From Octopus bimaculoides (taxonomy: Eukaryota): a DNA stretch of 50,214 nt. This document shows positions 1 through 13,102 of the stretch, piece after piece (position 1 is the first letter of the stretch; the number at the start of each line of letters is the position of its first letter). A model generated the notes under the pieces. It was given only the letters and a program-made list of their open reading frames with translations. It was not told where the DNA came from and ran no database searches. Made by a program: the position numbers and the translations under genes. Where the stretch lies: positions 12,324,215-12,374,428 of the forward strand of contig NC_069008.1 in the NCBI RefSeq assembly GCF_001194135.2. Direction: 5' to 3'.

Positions 1-734
1 AAGTGATTTGGTCATCTTCCTTTGACCTACGACCTCAGCCATGTCAGGCGAAGTTCAAATGGACAGGAGCTGACCTATTTAGGTACAAACTCTGCTGCAG
101 TATGTCTGTCCTTCTAGCTGCCACTATTATTATAAATACCGGTTGTCAACAGACAGATGGGAGAGAAGGCCCCAGCAGCCAAACGAGGAAGCTCTACGAC
201 ACAACAGGTTTTGGCGACAGCAGAGACCAGAGCAATGTTTGAAGTTCCACGGTAGACTACTGTCTCAGATGAACTACGTACACACACACACACAAACATA
301 TATGAATTTCTGACATATCATTTCCACAGATGTACCCTGTTTCTATTTCTAGCAACTCGTAGCAGTTGTCAACATTTTGCATGTAGTGAAGAATTATGTG
401 TACCAACGACAAATTAAGTCCAGTGAATAAATTATTTTTAATTATGAATCGATTCACTCATTTGTTTACTTAAAAGGCATCTATTTACCATGATACACAT
501 TTAACCACTAACTACAGATGTACACAGCTACATGACAGGTATACATAATACTGATTTACGCATGAAGTAAACACATGCAGACAAATATATCAATATAACA
601 AATTTTAAAAAACAATCAATGAAGAGACAAAAGAAACAGTAAGAGGATACATGTTGATTTTATTAGGTATTTCTGTTTATTTAGAAACCTACAATGAAAT
701 TAGATGTTTCTGTTTATTTAGAAACCTATAGTGA

Positions 735-1698
735 ACAGGTCATCCGCTGGGGAGCTAATTTCCACAACTCTACAGTTTCTCTTCTCCATCCCAAATCATT
801 ATATCAGGTTTGTTGTGCTTACATTTTATTGAGGTCTTCACTGGGACATTCCACCAGTACCCCTTTTTACTGCGGGTTCTTATTTCTTTGTCCTTGGGGT
901 TTTCCTTCCGATGGATTTCATTATAGAGTGTCCTTGAGAGTCTCATCGGTAGATAATACAGTGATGACATTTTCGGACAACTGCTTATGATGTGGGTGAT
1001 ATCTTCAGTGTGAACTCGACGAAGTCTGCATCTGTTGTCACATTTGATTGCTTTTCCTGCATCTCTATCCCTTTTGTGCATCAGGTATTTGGTTGATATT
1101 TCTTGTCCCTGGACTGCAAACACATACTCTTCGAGGTGGGAGGTAGTAATCTGGCTATTAGTCCATGATAGACTGCTTTGATGATCAATGTTACTATCAT
1201 CTCGGAGCTTTCTATTAACATATCCATGCATAGTCTTCTGCTCATAAAGGCTCATCCTTTCATCTGATGATACGTTGCAGTAGAATCGTGTGACTTCGTT
1301 GGGCATGTATTCTAGGTTATCAGACAAGGAATGTTGCTCAAGGAGCTGCCTTCTAAGTCTTATGATGCTAACAGAATCATGTATGGAAACTTGGTCAAGG
1401 GATGCACTTCGACACTTGGTGGTTAAAAGATGTTGCCGAAGGGATATGATACGACATTCAAAGGCATTTTGGATCGATGTTAAACATCTACTGCCAAGTT
1501 TTCGTTTTAGGTAGAGGCGATCAATGTCATTGTTTATGTGGAAATTATGTGTGCTTGTTAGTATTTTTCGGGTTTTCACATCAATGGCTCTGATCTCATC
1601 AAGCATCCAGTCAAGCAGCGCAAATGTTGGTACGAGTACTGACACTGCAAGCACATTGCGGTTCACTGTTTTATTGAATGCAGAGAGTCTTGTGTATT
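735..1698 (-). mobile_element. Non-LTR retrotransposon fragment of an RLE-bearing clade (R4/Dong/Hero-like): RT thumb, degenerate CCHC knuckle, start of restriction-like endonuclease
   Basis: Translation contains LLDW..EIRAIDVKTRKILT..IDRLYLKRKLGSRCL (RT C-terminus), CRLRRVHTEDITHIISSC (CCHC with C>R) and HNKPDIMIWD. A frameshift then precedes RVVEISSPAD (PD..E motif). Confidence 0.8.
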
Positions 1699-3511
<1,813 letters not shown>

Positions 3512-3897
3512 ATCTTCAGGAAAAACTCAGTTCCTTAGGTTTCTGACATTTTTGCAATATTTTTCTTCTCAAATTAAAATATTTCTATATATTTTTTGTT
3601 TTTGTTTGCAAAGTTTATTCCTTACCAAATTTTTCATCTGCTGTATTTCTATCCATCGTTATCTTCATCTAACAGTTCAAATGAAAATTTATCCACGTTT
3701 AATTAGCACACAAACTCATTTTGTACACACTCCAGATTACAACACAGAAATTTTGCTAACAGTCTCAGTTCAAAGCAAATATTTCACAGGAATTCTACCA
3801 TGAATTTATTAAAAGAGGCTTAAATATCTGTTCTAGAGTCTATAAAGGATAATAAATTGATGATGCATCTTTTGCTATGCTAATGTCATCTGATATT

Positions 3898-3920
3898 CTG
3901 AAATAATAAAGAAACACCAG
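3898..3920 (-). promoter_or_regulatory. Splice acceptor of the ZNF-A terminal exon (exon starts 3897)
   Basis: gtttctttattatttcAG|aatatcagatgac; same acceptor and following sequence at 26497 (-), 43207 (+) and 50043 (+). Confidence 0.7.
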
Positions 3921-4541
3921 TTAAAATATACAGACTACTTAAAACAGAGAGATTCAACAATAGAAAATTTACATTTCTATAGAGATTAATTGCAGAAACA
4001 AATATTTACCTTAACAACTGAACATTTTAATTTACTAAAATTTACATAGCAGAATTTTGTGCGAAGCATACATATTTGCTAACTATAGCTACACCTTCAC
4101 ATTGTGTTAAGATTATATGTATATCAAACTACAAAATAGTAGACAAAAACCTTCTCTCTCCAGAAATATAACTTGACATGGTTATTTAGTCCCAGGTCAG
4201 CTTTGACTGAGTAAATATGATTAAAGACATTCCATCCATGAATTTCCTATCTTTTTCATTAGTACTATATATATCTAGGACTATATTGTCCAATATAGAT
4301 CTCAATTTTTAAGAATGAAATGAATTTGAGGGAAATGTAGCTGCTATTTTTATTATGTTGTGCAGCTACATAGAGCTCCTAGATGGTTCACAGTTGCTAT
4401 TTAGCCCAAGGTTAACCCTGATTACGCTACTTTATGATCAAAATAAGATGTTTTTCACAGATCTTATGACTATTATGACAGATCAATCAAACATAAACAT
4501 TGATGAATAAAGAAAAGGCAACCAAAAAAGAGAAAAAGTGA

Positions 4542-4810
4542 AAAGCTTTCTTGTTACGTGTGGGTGGAACACACAGGTCGGGGGCTAGCAGATAGCAATA
4601 ATACAGTGAAACAGGGCATGTGGGAGGAACACAAAGGTCTGGGGCTAGTGGAGAGCAATGATACAGTGGCACAGGGCCAAGAGGATAGGATTGAGGCATG
4701 AGAGGTAAGCATAATGCATGAAACGGAAACGTGAGGAAGAGATGCAGAGATGTAGTTTGGTTTGTTGTGGTAGAGCATATGAAAAGTTTCTTTGTTAAGT
4801 GTGGGTGGGA
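4542..4810. repeat. Unclassified insertion with about 60-bp diverged tandem duplication
   Basis: 4558-4617 resembles 4618-4677 (gtgggtggaacac...cagggc). aaagctttcttgttacgtgtgggtgg recurs at about 4782-4808. Absent from the ZNF-B paralog. Confidence 0.5.
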
Positions 4811-5380
4811 CACAGTACTTTTAGAACTCAGTTTCACTGACATAGGGTGGGTCTTGAATAAATAAGCCTTACTTTTGAAAAAATAGTCTGAATGCTAAAG
4901 AGTTAAATGCTATTATTTTGTCAATTTTTCATATATTTTTGTGTAAAATGAATTATGCATTATTAGTCTCATTATTTAATACTAAACCTTCGTGGATGTA
5001 TGTATATAAATTTCAATTAATTTCACTTTAAATATGATGACAATGCTTTGTATTTGTGTTTACCAATCCTGGCAATCAGAATTTTGGAACAGAAGCTCTA
5101 TACCTCATGGGAAAGAAAGGAAAAATTAGTTTGTTTCATTTGTTCTTCAATTTCCATTTAAAAAAATATTTCTGTGTTTTATGTCACAGAAATTTCGTTT
5201 TGTACCCTTCAATGCAAATAAGCACTGTACCCAACTTCCACATGTTTTACGTTTCATATTTAGGGAGCTCTATACCAAAACCCCACTTCCTGTTAACCCT
5301 ATACATGGCCCTTTAACTAATATCTCTTCTCCACTTTAAAGCTTATTTACTTCATATTAACTTTTAAATGTTTCAATCAT

Positions 5381-6780
5381 TAAATCATCATCATTTGAAA
5401 GTTGTCTTCTATGCTGGTACAGGTAGGATTTTTTACAGGACCTCTCCAGACTCCAATTGTCCATTGTGGGATGGTTTCTATGGCCTGATGCCCTTCCTAA
5501 TGCCAACCACTTTACAATATGTGCTGGGTGCTTTTCATGTATCACCAGCATGGGTGCATTTACACAGCACCAGCACATGTGCATCTTATGTAGCACCAGC
5601 ACCTGTAATGGACAAGCATGTATGTATGGATGACAGTGATTTTACTTAGCTTCTCAAGTACAGCAAATCACATCTTCTGGTCCCTTGTCATTTCATCAGT
5701 GAGGTTCAGCATCCAAAGATCTTTTCTCACCACTTTGTCTGTCTTCCTGGGTACCCTCCACAGTTAGAGCTCAGCACTTCTTTATGCAGCTGTCCTTATC
5801 CATGCACATCACATGACCAGACCAGTGTAGTCTTCTCTCTTGCACACATCTGATGCCTACTTACACCCAGTTTTCCTCTTAAATCATTTACATACTGTCA
5901 TACAGGCACACTGACATTACCCGTCCAGCAGAGCATGCTAACTTCATTTCTTTTAAGCCTTCACAAGTCTTCTGTAATCAAAGCCTATATTTCACTGCTA
6001 TGTAGCATAGTTGTATGTACACAGGCATCATACAATCTGCCTTTCACTCTGAGGAAGAGGTCCTTAGTTACCAACAAAAGTAGAAGCTCTCCGATCTTTG
6101 CCCAGCCTGTTTCTATTCTGGCAACTACACTTTCAGAATTTCACCCACCACTGCTAACTTGATTGCCTAGGTAATGAAAACTGTCTACTTCTTCTAATGA
6201 TCCCCCTGAACATTTGAGGGCGTCTATTGTCTGCACATTTTTGGTGCTTATTGCACCCGCACATGTGCCACACACAAAGACTATTCTTTGTTAACCTCCT
6301 CGATACTGCTACACCTCTTATGTGTTCAAAGCTTACACTGAATATAACGTATGGAATTTCTACCAACACCCATCTGACATATTGAACAGGTCCATCTCCC
6401 TACTTACTAGGACTTTGGTTTTTGCTAAATTAACTCTAACGCCCTTTGATTCCAGGCCTTGCTTCTACATTTGAAATGTCTTCTCTACGTCAGATAGTGC
6501 TTCAGCTAATAAGAACAAGGTCATTAGCTAGGGGTAGCCAGTCTTGAATTTCTCTGTTAAGCTCTGAATGACTAAAATAAACAAGAGGGGGCTGAGAAAT
6601 GATCTTTGGTGAACTCCTAACTGTACACTGAATTCATTGTTATACTCGTTGCCAACCTTCACCTTCCTGGCAGCAACAATAATAGAAGTTATGGTCTTTA
6701 CACACACAGGAATACGGTAAAGGTGCTGAATATGCACACAAGCAATGACCTCCAGGACAAAAGAGAGGTGGCTGCACACA
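5381..6780 (-). mobile_element. RTE-clade LINE, 5'-truncated, with (ATG)n/gat tail
   Basis: RT remnants (VQLGVHQRSFLSPLLFILV; LLPLLVTK.L.LRVKG.LYDACV). 3' UTR ggatgcccttcctaatgccaacc and atcatcatc tail on +. Confidence 0.85.
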
Positions 6781-7354
6781 GACGACGAGATATAACTACA
6801 ATTTAGTACCCCATGCGAGACTATTTTATCATAACTTTCCGGAAGAATGCATTTTGTTGCATTAAATTTTGCAGAGATACGGTTATTGTGGGTGTAGAGT
6901 AAGATGAAGTTGGTAAAATTTAAGAAAAAAATATTTGGAGGAATTTCTAATAACCTTTGTTATCAATTTCTGTGACTTTAACATTTCTCACATAAGTTTT
7001 AAAGATTTATGTTTGAAATATCAAAATACCAATAATATAGGCACAGGCTGTGTGGCAAGAAGCTTGTTTCCCAACCACATGGTTCCAGGTTCAGTCCCAC
7101 TGTGTAGCACCTTGGACAAGTGTCTTCTACTATAGCCACAGGCTAACCAAAGCCTTGAGTGGATTTGGTAGCTGGAAACTGAAAGAAGCTCATTGTACAT
7201 ATATATATATACTGGAGCCTGGTGTTGCCATCTGGTTTCACCAGTCCTCAGTCAAATCGTCCAACCCATACTAGCATGGAAAGCGGACGTTAAACGATGA
7301 TGATGACGATGATGATAAATAATGAGAAGATGGATTTGTTATAAATCTTAATTT

Positions 7355-7460
7355 TGTACAACGACCGTTTCGACCCATCCTGCTACAGTCCTTTATGCAC
7401 AGAACTCTGTTCAACATGTTATGTTGCATTAATTTTGCAGTCTGGGTCTCATCAGGTACA
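7355..7460 (-). ncRNA. Type I hammerhead ribozyme motif HHR-1 (minimal stem III, long stem II insertion)
   Basis: UGUAC-CUGAUGA-GACCCA...UGGGUC-GAAA-CGGUCG-UU-GUACA. Stem I 5 bp, stem II 6 bp, intact core. Predicted cleavage after GUU (7360). Confidence 0.75.
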
Positions 7461-7601
7461 TCCCTAGTGTTTGCAACTCTCATTGAAGAAAGATAATAGT
7501 AACTGAAAACTGTAGCAATGTTTCATTCCCTAACCAGACGGGCACATAACAACACGACAGCGAAAACTCAGGATCTTTAGCAAGACATGACTTTATGTAT
7601 A

Positions 7602-7651
7602 GATGTACCTGATGAGAGCCAAACTACAAAATTGATGCAACACATGTTCAA
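7602..7651 (+). repeat. Inverted partial copy of the HHR-1 5' half (no GAAA half)
   Basis: gatgtacctgatgagagccaaactacaaaattgatgcaac vs minus-strand gatgtacctgatgagacccagactgcaaaattaatgcaac. Confidence 0.65.
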
Positions 7652-7936
7652 CGATGTCACACTCATAAGGAACAGTACAAAGTAAAGATTAATACCAAAT
7701 CCATTTTCTCATTACTTAAGAAATTATTATTATTATCTCAACCAACACTGCGGAGTTCCTGAAGTAGATCCAACTGAAATATACCCCGATTGCGGATGAC
7801 ACCAAGTCACCCAAACTGTGCCAGTGCTCTACTCAACACTTCAACTCCCTAAATGACATATACCCATTAGTGCAAAATATTAAAATATATATATAAATTG
7901 TAATTGCAAAAATAAAAACAAAAACACAAAGGATTC

Positions 7937-8012
7937 TGCGGTACACGTGTTTCAAGCTTTATAGTTGTTACATCAGTGTATAATTGACAGTATAAAGCTA
8001 TCTTCAGCCGCA
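7937..8012 (-). ncRNA. Type I hammerhead ribozyme motif HHR-2 (palindromic stem III, dimer type)
   Basis: UGCGG-CUGAAGA-UAGCUUUAUA...UAUAAAGCUU-GAAA-CACGUG-UA-CCGCA. Perfect ACACGUGU palindrome and GUA cleavage triplet. U.U mismatch at 10.1/11.1 followed by a 9-bp stem II. Confidence 0.7.
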
Positions 8013-8914
8013 AATGTATTCTCTCCCAAGAATTATATCACATAGAAGTTAAAGGAGGAAGAAAGATGAGATATAAGAGGTGAGGTTCCGTTTGGTATTT
8101 TGCGTTGTACTATACCTCGTAGAATTCTTAATTTGATATATTTATACACAATTTTCTCGGTACTCCGGAATCTGTCCTTACCTTGCCACAGCCCTGCCAT
8201 CACTTGATAACTGATGCTGGCATATTTATGTCCCCCGTAACTAAGCAGTTTGGCAAAAGAGACTGATAGAATAAGTACTAGGCTTACAAAGAATAAATCT
8301 AGGGGTCGATTTCTTCGACTAACACCCTTTAAGGTGGTGCTCCAGCATGGCCATGGTCAAATGACTGAAACAGATAAAAGAATAATATCTACTCTACATC
8401 CATGAATATCTATTTCTACAAAATGTTATTTAAAAATATGGTGTTTTAAAGAGTGGTATGAGGAACAAAATCAGGGGTAAGGCACCAAAGTGTAGTTATA
8501 TACAAAACAGAAGGGATCACATAGAAAACGATATGCTACGTTCCCCTGAATTTATAAATAGATGATGATTTTAGAGAAATGACTATGAATTAAAATTTTA
8601 TGGTATATTCTATAAAAATATAAACAGCACATCTTAGAATTTTGTAGACATTCAGATTCCACACATTTTGTGTAAATAAATACTTTAAGAGACAATCAGG
8701 GAACCTGTGATTAATAAAACTAATTAAAAAGAATTACTACTTTATAGTATTTTATAATCAATAGAATACCTTAGTTTAGAATTTTTATAGACTTTTAGGG
8801 TGTGCAGCATGCTGTTTCTAAGTGGTCTTTCTCTTTTGTACCACAGGTTGTTGCTTACATATTCAACAACCTTAATGCGTATATACATTATGTGTGTGTG
8901 CATGTATGTATATA

Positions 8915-9577
8915 CAAGGGGGTGCTGAAAAGTTCCTGGTTTTGCGTAAAACAAAATACAGGAGGATCAGTTAATTATGATTTTATTGAACATATTCCCT
9001 TCTCAGATTCACACACTTCTTCCAGAGGTCCTTCAGTTTTGCTATTTGGCACCCATTTTGCAGAATGCTGTCTCATGTCCAGAATGTTGTGGATGATGTG
9101 GCCAACTCTTTCGCGGGAAATCCCCAGTGTCTCAGCTATGACTTTAGCTGAAATCCAACGGTCCTTCAGAATCATGAAATGCACAATGTCCGCTTTGTCC
9201 TCTGTCGTCGCAGAAGTTGGCCGTCCTGACCTCGGTTCATCTGTGACTTCAAAATGACCAGTCCGAAACCTTGACACCCAGATTTTCACTGTGGAGTAAG
9301 ATGGGCAGCCCTCCTTCAAGACTTTCTTCATCTCGCCATGGATTTCTGCTGCTCCTTTGCCTTGCAAAAAGAGGAACTTCATGACCGCTCGCGCTTCAAT
9401 TTTACCAAAATACACTGTAGGAGCTGCCATCATGCGTTAAATCTGCAAAAAAGAGAAAGATATATTTCATACCATCACGATATTTTTGCATATCTTCTTC
9501 TAAACAGTCGTCCTATCTCCCCTGTAAAGGTAACTGCTCTACCTTTTCGCAATGCCCTTAAATACAGTACCCCCTTG
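8915..9577 (-). mobile_element. Mariner element, internally deleted (HTH region joined to extreme C-terminus), both TIRs and TA TSD
   Basis: TA|CAAGGGGGTGCTG...CAGTACCCCCTTG|TA. ORF has EARAVMKFL, DEPRSGRP and AKWVP, then jumps to KLKDLWKKCV; the DDD domain is missing. Confidence 0.9.
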
Positions 9578-9612
9578 TATACGAATGTATGTATGTGCAT
9601 ATGTGTATGTAC

Positions 9613-9645
<33 letters not shown>

Positions 9646-10084
9646 CAACAAATGCAAGTGAATGTTGTTATGTATGTGTATTTAGCTTAAAAAAAAAAAA
9701 AGGATTCTGAAATGGTGCATCCTTAAATACGAATCTGATTTTTGAATTCTGCATCTCACAGACAATGTCATTCACAAATGATAATAGAAAATATATAATT
9801 TTCTCAGCAAAATAACTCAACTTTTAGATTGACGACTCTCCCACTCTATCACCATCAATCTATCTTCCCCTATACATTTACTGTAATCTTTGACACTCAC
9901 TCTCTTTGTATGTGTATTAATTCTCACACATTGCTTTCATTTTGTTTCAAACCTTGTCTTGAAATGTTTACTTTCATTTTATCACAGCTATCACATGCAA
10001 AACTCCTGAGTGAAGTCGTAGTTTTTTCAGCCTCTCCTCGTAGCTCATCTGCTGCACTGTTGCCATCTTTTTAGTGTAGTGATG

Positions 10085-11240
10085 TTGGACTGCTTCAAAC
10101 TCTGCTGTTAGTTTGGCACTATGTGGTGACTACGGCTGAGAGCAGTAGTCCAGGTGGCTGAGAACAAAGGTCCTCCACAGGGTCAGCATAACCTCTTGGT
10201 CTCGTCTTGAAGTACCTTAGCATCCATCCTGCCAGTTGTCTGCACTTTCCAGCTGTCTTGGTAACATGCATATGAAATGATGTATCATTGCACATACTGA
10301 TCCCCAAATCTTTCACTGCCTGTGACTCTGGGATTGTGGTTGTGGTGCCTTCAGGTCCTGTATATGCAGGCTGCAGTGTACTTGTGAGTTGATAGTGCAA
10401 TGCTTGAAATTTTCCAGCATTAAACTGCATATTGTTTACTTCAGCCCGCTTGTATATTGCATTCAGGTCTTGCTGTAAGCTTGTGATGTCATCTGGATTT
10501 TTTATTGCCTGTGATAATTTTGTATCATCAGCATAGCTAGTGACAATGGCTAACCAAATGACCATGGACATGTCTAAGAGGGCTATTATAAACAGTAATG
10601 GCCCCAAGACAGTTCCCTAGGGGACATCACTTAGAATTTGAGTATCCTCAGAAAGGGCAACACTGGGTGCAGCTGCCTGACTTCTGTCTTTAAGGAAGCC
10701 ATGCAGCCACTCCCCCAGTTTACCAGCAATGCAAAGGACTCACTACTTCTGACATATCATGCCACGATCTAACTCATCAAAAACCTTTGCGAAGTCAAGA
10801 TATATCACACTGACATCTGCATGATCAAGTAGCTGTTTGAAAACCCATTCATAGTGTTGTAAGAGCTTTGGAAGGCAGCTTCTTCCTAGATGAGAGCCAT
10901 GCTGTTTAGTAAGCAATTTTCTTCTAGGAAATTATCAGTTTCTTTCTAATGATTCGTTCCATGACTTTACTGATATGTGAAGTCAGAGAGAACAGCCTGT
11001 AGTTTCTGGCCTCTGCCTTTGTGGATAGGGCATATAATGCCTTCTTTTCGTTCTTAGGAAGTTTACCACTTGCAAGGAAACTCTAGAAAAGTATCTAAAG
11101 TGGTTTCACTAAAGCCTGCTAACATAAGTTCAGGAGAATAGCTGGGAAGCGATTGGGACCAGTTGCTGAGCTTGAGCTCATCTCATCTATGGCTGTTGTT
11201 ATATCTGCAACCTCAATGTCAATGTAATTGATGGTTGCCA
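10085..11240 (-). mobile_element. CR1/L2-like LINE RT fragment
   Basis: DVP*GTVLGPLLFII, SYADDTKL, LQQDLNAI, MQFNAGKF, VKDLGI; upstream IYLDFAKGFDE motif. Confidence 0.85.
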
Positions 11241-11395
11241 CTTTCTTTTGTGGGACTGCAATATTAAAAAATTCAATTTAATAGGAACATGGATGCCATA
11301 TCTGGGTAGGTGTTACTGGTGGCCATCCTGCGTCCATCCCGAGGTGGTCTTATGCATTGAAATGCACGGCTTTGAGTATGCATCCTTTTCATATG

Positions 11396-11598
11396 CAGTA
11401 ACCCCTTGCAATATCGCGGTTCACCTATCGCAGTTTATTATTTAAGCTTACATCGATTTCTCTGTGGCGTTGTTTTGCATTCATAATAAAATAAACATAT
11501 ACAAATTATAAAAATAATTTTAAAAAATATACAACACAGTACTGTTTCTACTTCGTGGATTTTTACCTATCGCGGGAGGGGGGGAATGTAACACCTGT
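11396..11598. mobile_element. Tigger/pogo-like MITE remnant
   Basis: cagtaaccccttgcaatatcgcggttcacctatcgc start with repeated cctatcgc subterminal motifs. Confidence 0.4.
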
Positions 11599-11715
11599 GA
11601 AAATTGTTGGCTATTTTGGTTTTATAATGAATTTTTTTAATGTTATATTATATTATATTATATTCATAGTGATAGGAGAGTATTGTAGTTTGCTTGAAGC
11701 ATTGTGTATTGTTTG

Positions 11716-11895
11716 TAAAGAATAAAAAATTTAGAATGGTACAACAATGCCCTATAAAACAAAAAATGGACTATACACCTATTGTAATTTGGTTATCTAT
11801 AGTCTGATGATATTTCAGAATTACAATTCCTTCTTCAGATCTTCTTAGCTGGAGTCTCAGCTATAAACTCTATATTGTATATATATATATAACAT

Positions 11896-11937
<42 letters not shown>

Positions 11938-12116
11938 NNNNNNNNNNTATATATGTAATATTGTTTATAGCAGAGACTCCAGCTAAGAAGATCTGAAGAA
12001 GGAATTCTAATTCCGAAATATCATCGGACTATAGATAACCAAATTACAACAGGTATATAGTCCATTTTTTGTTTTATAGTGCATTGTTGTACCATTCTAA
12101 ACATTTTTATTCTTTA
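11716..12116. repeat. About 150-bp imperfect inverted repeat around an (AT)n tract and a 10-N gap; each arm carries a minimal hammerhead-like motif
   Basis: 11716-11870 is the reverse complement of about 11964-12116 with a few substitutions. Motif GAU-CUGAAGA-A-GGAAUU(nn)AAUUCY-GAA-AUAU-C-AUC at 11841-11806 (-) and 11990-12025 (+). Confidence 0.7.
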
Positions 12117-12456
12117 TATTCATAGAATATTATGCTATATTATAATATAAATAAATAATTGGATTGTCGATTGTACCTCTCTATTTAAATTATCGTTTAT
12201 GTATTTACACATACAAGCATACCTGTGTCAGCAAAAAATGCAGACAGTTTTATTAGTGATAGAAAATGGCACATCAACAATGGGGAAAACTATTATTAAT
12301 TGTCAGCAATCTAGTAAATATATTTACATACACAGAACTGAAACACTTGAAGAATAAGATGTAAGATTTTGGTTGAAAATATCACCCACATAATGCATGT
12401 TTGTGTGTATACATACACATGTACAAATACATACATACATACAAATACATACATAC

Positions 12457-12858
12457 AGGCGTAAAGAGTGGCTGTGTGGTAAGTACCTTGCTTACCAAAC
12501 ACATGGTTCCGGGTTCAGTCCCACTGCGTGGCACCTTGGGCAAGTGTCTTCTACTACAGTGTCAGGCCGACCAAATCCTTGTGAGTGGATTTGGTAGACA
12601 GAAACTGAAAGAAGCCCGTCGTATATATGTATATATATATATATGTGTGTGTATGTTTGTGTGTCTGTGTTTGTCCCCCAGCATCACTTGACAACCGATG
12701 CTGGTGTGTTTACGTCCCTGTAACTTAGCGGTTTGGCAAAAGTGACCGATAGAATAAGTACTAGGCTTACAAAGAATAAGTTCTGGAGTCGATTTGCTCG
12801 ATTAAAGGTGGTGCTCCAGCATGGCCGCAGTAAAATGACAAACAAGTAAAAGAATAAA
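12457..12858 (+). mobile_element. Full-length tRNA-derived SINE (ggctgtgtggtaag family) with central (AT/GT)n and CR1-like tail
   Basis: Pol III A/B-box-like head (gtggtaag; ggttcagtccc), body ggcaccttgggcaagtgtcttctac, tail gctccagcatggccgcag...aaaagaataaaaga. Confidence 0.9.
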
Positions 12859-13102
12859 AGAGTATGCATACACATACACACATGTATATATGTACATATA
12901 TATGCTATTACGAAGTATATATACATACATACATACATACATATATACATATATATATACATATATATACACACACACATATACAAATACATTTATTTAT
13001 ATATAGATAGGTAGATACATATATATCTATACACACATATACATATTTATCTTATAGACATATCTTCCCCTTCCTCTCTCTCTATATATATGTGTGTGTG
13101 TA

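Larger units (their letters stand above)
7039..8380 (+). mobile_element. tRNA-derived SINE (ggctgtgtggtaagaag family) split by nested insertions; 8-bp TSD AATAATAT
   Basis: Head at 7039-7210 and 3' half at 8200-8380 match the intact copy at 12457-12858. TSD at 7031-7038 and 8381-8388. An RTE 3' tail (7211-7315) and a ribozyme-bearing segment (7320-8190) are nested inside. Confidence 0.8.

Noticed and set aside
1-290. Moderately GC-rich segment with TATAAATA, possibly an LTR or other repeat
   Set aside because: Truncated by the window start; no diagnostic termini or motifs to classify it.
662-729. 37-bp tandem duplication at the 3' edge of the RLE LINE fragment
   Set aside because: Real, but most simply a local repair duplication; it does not flank the element as a TSD.
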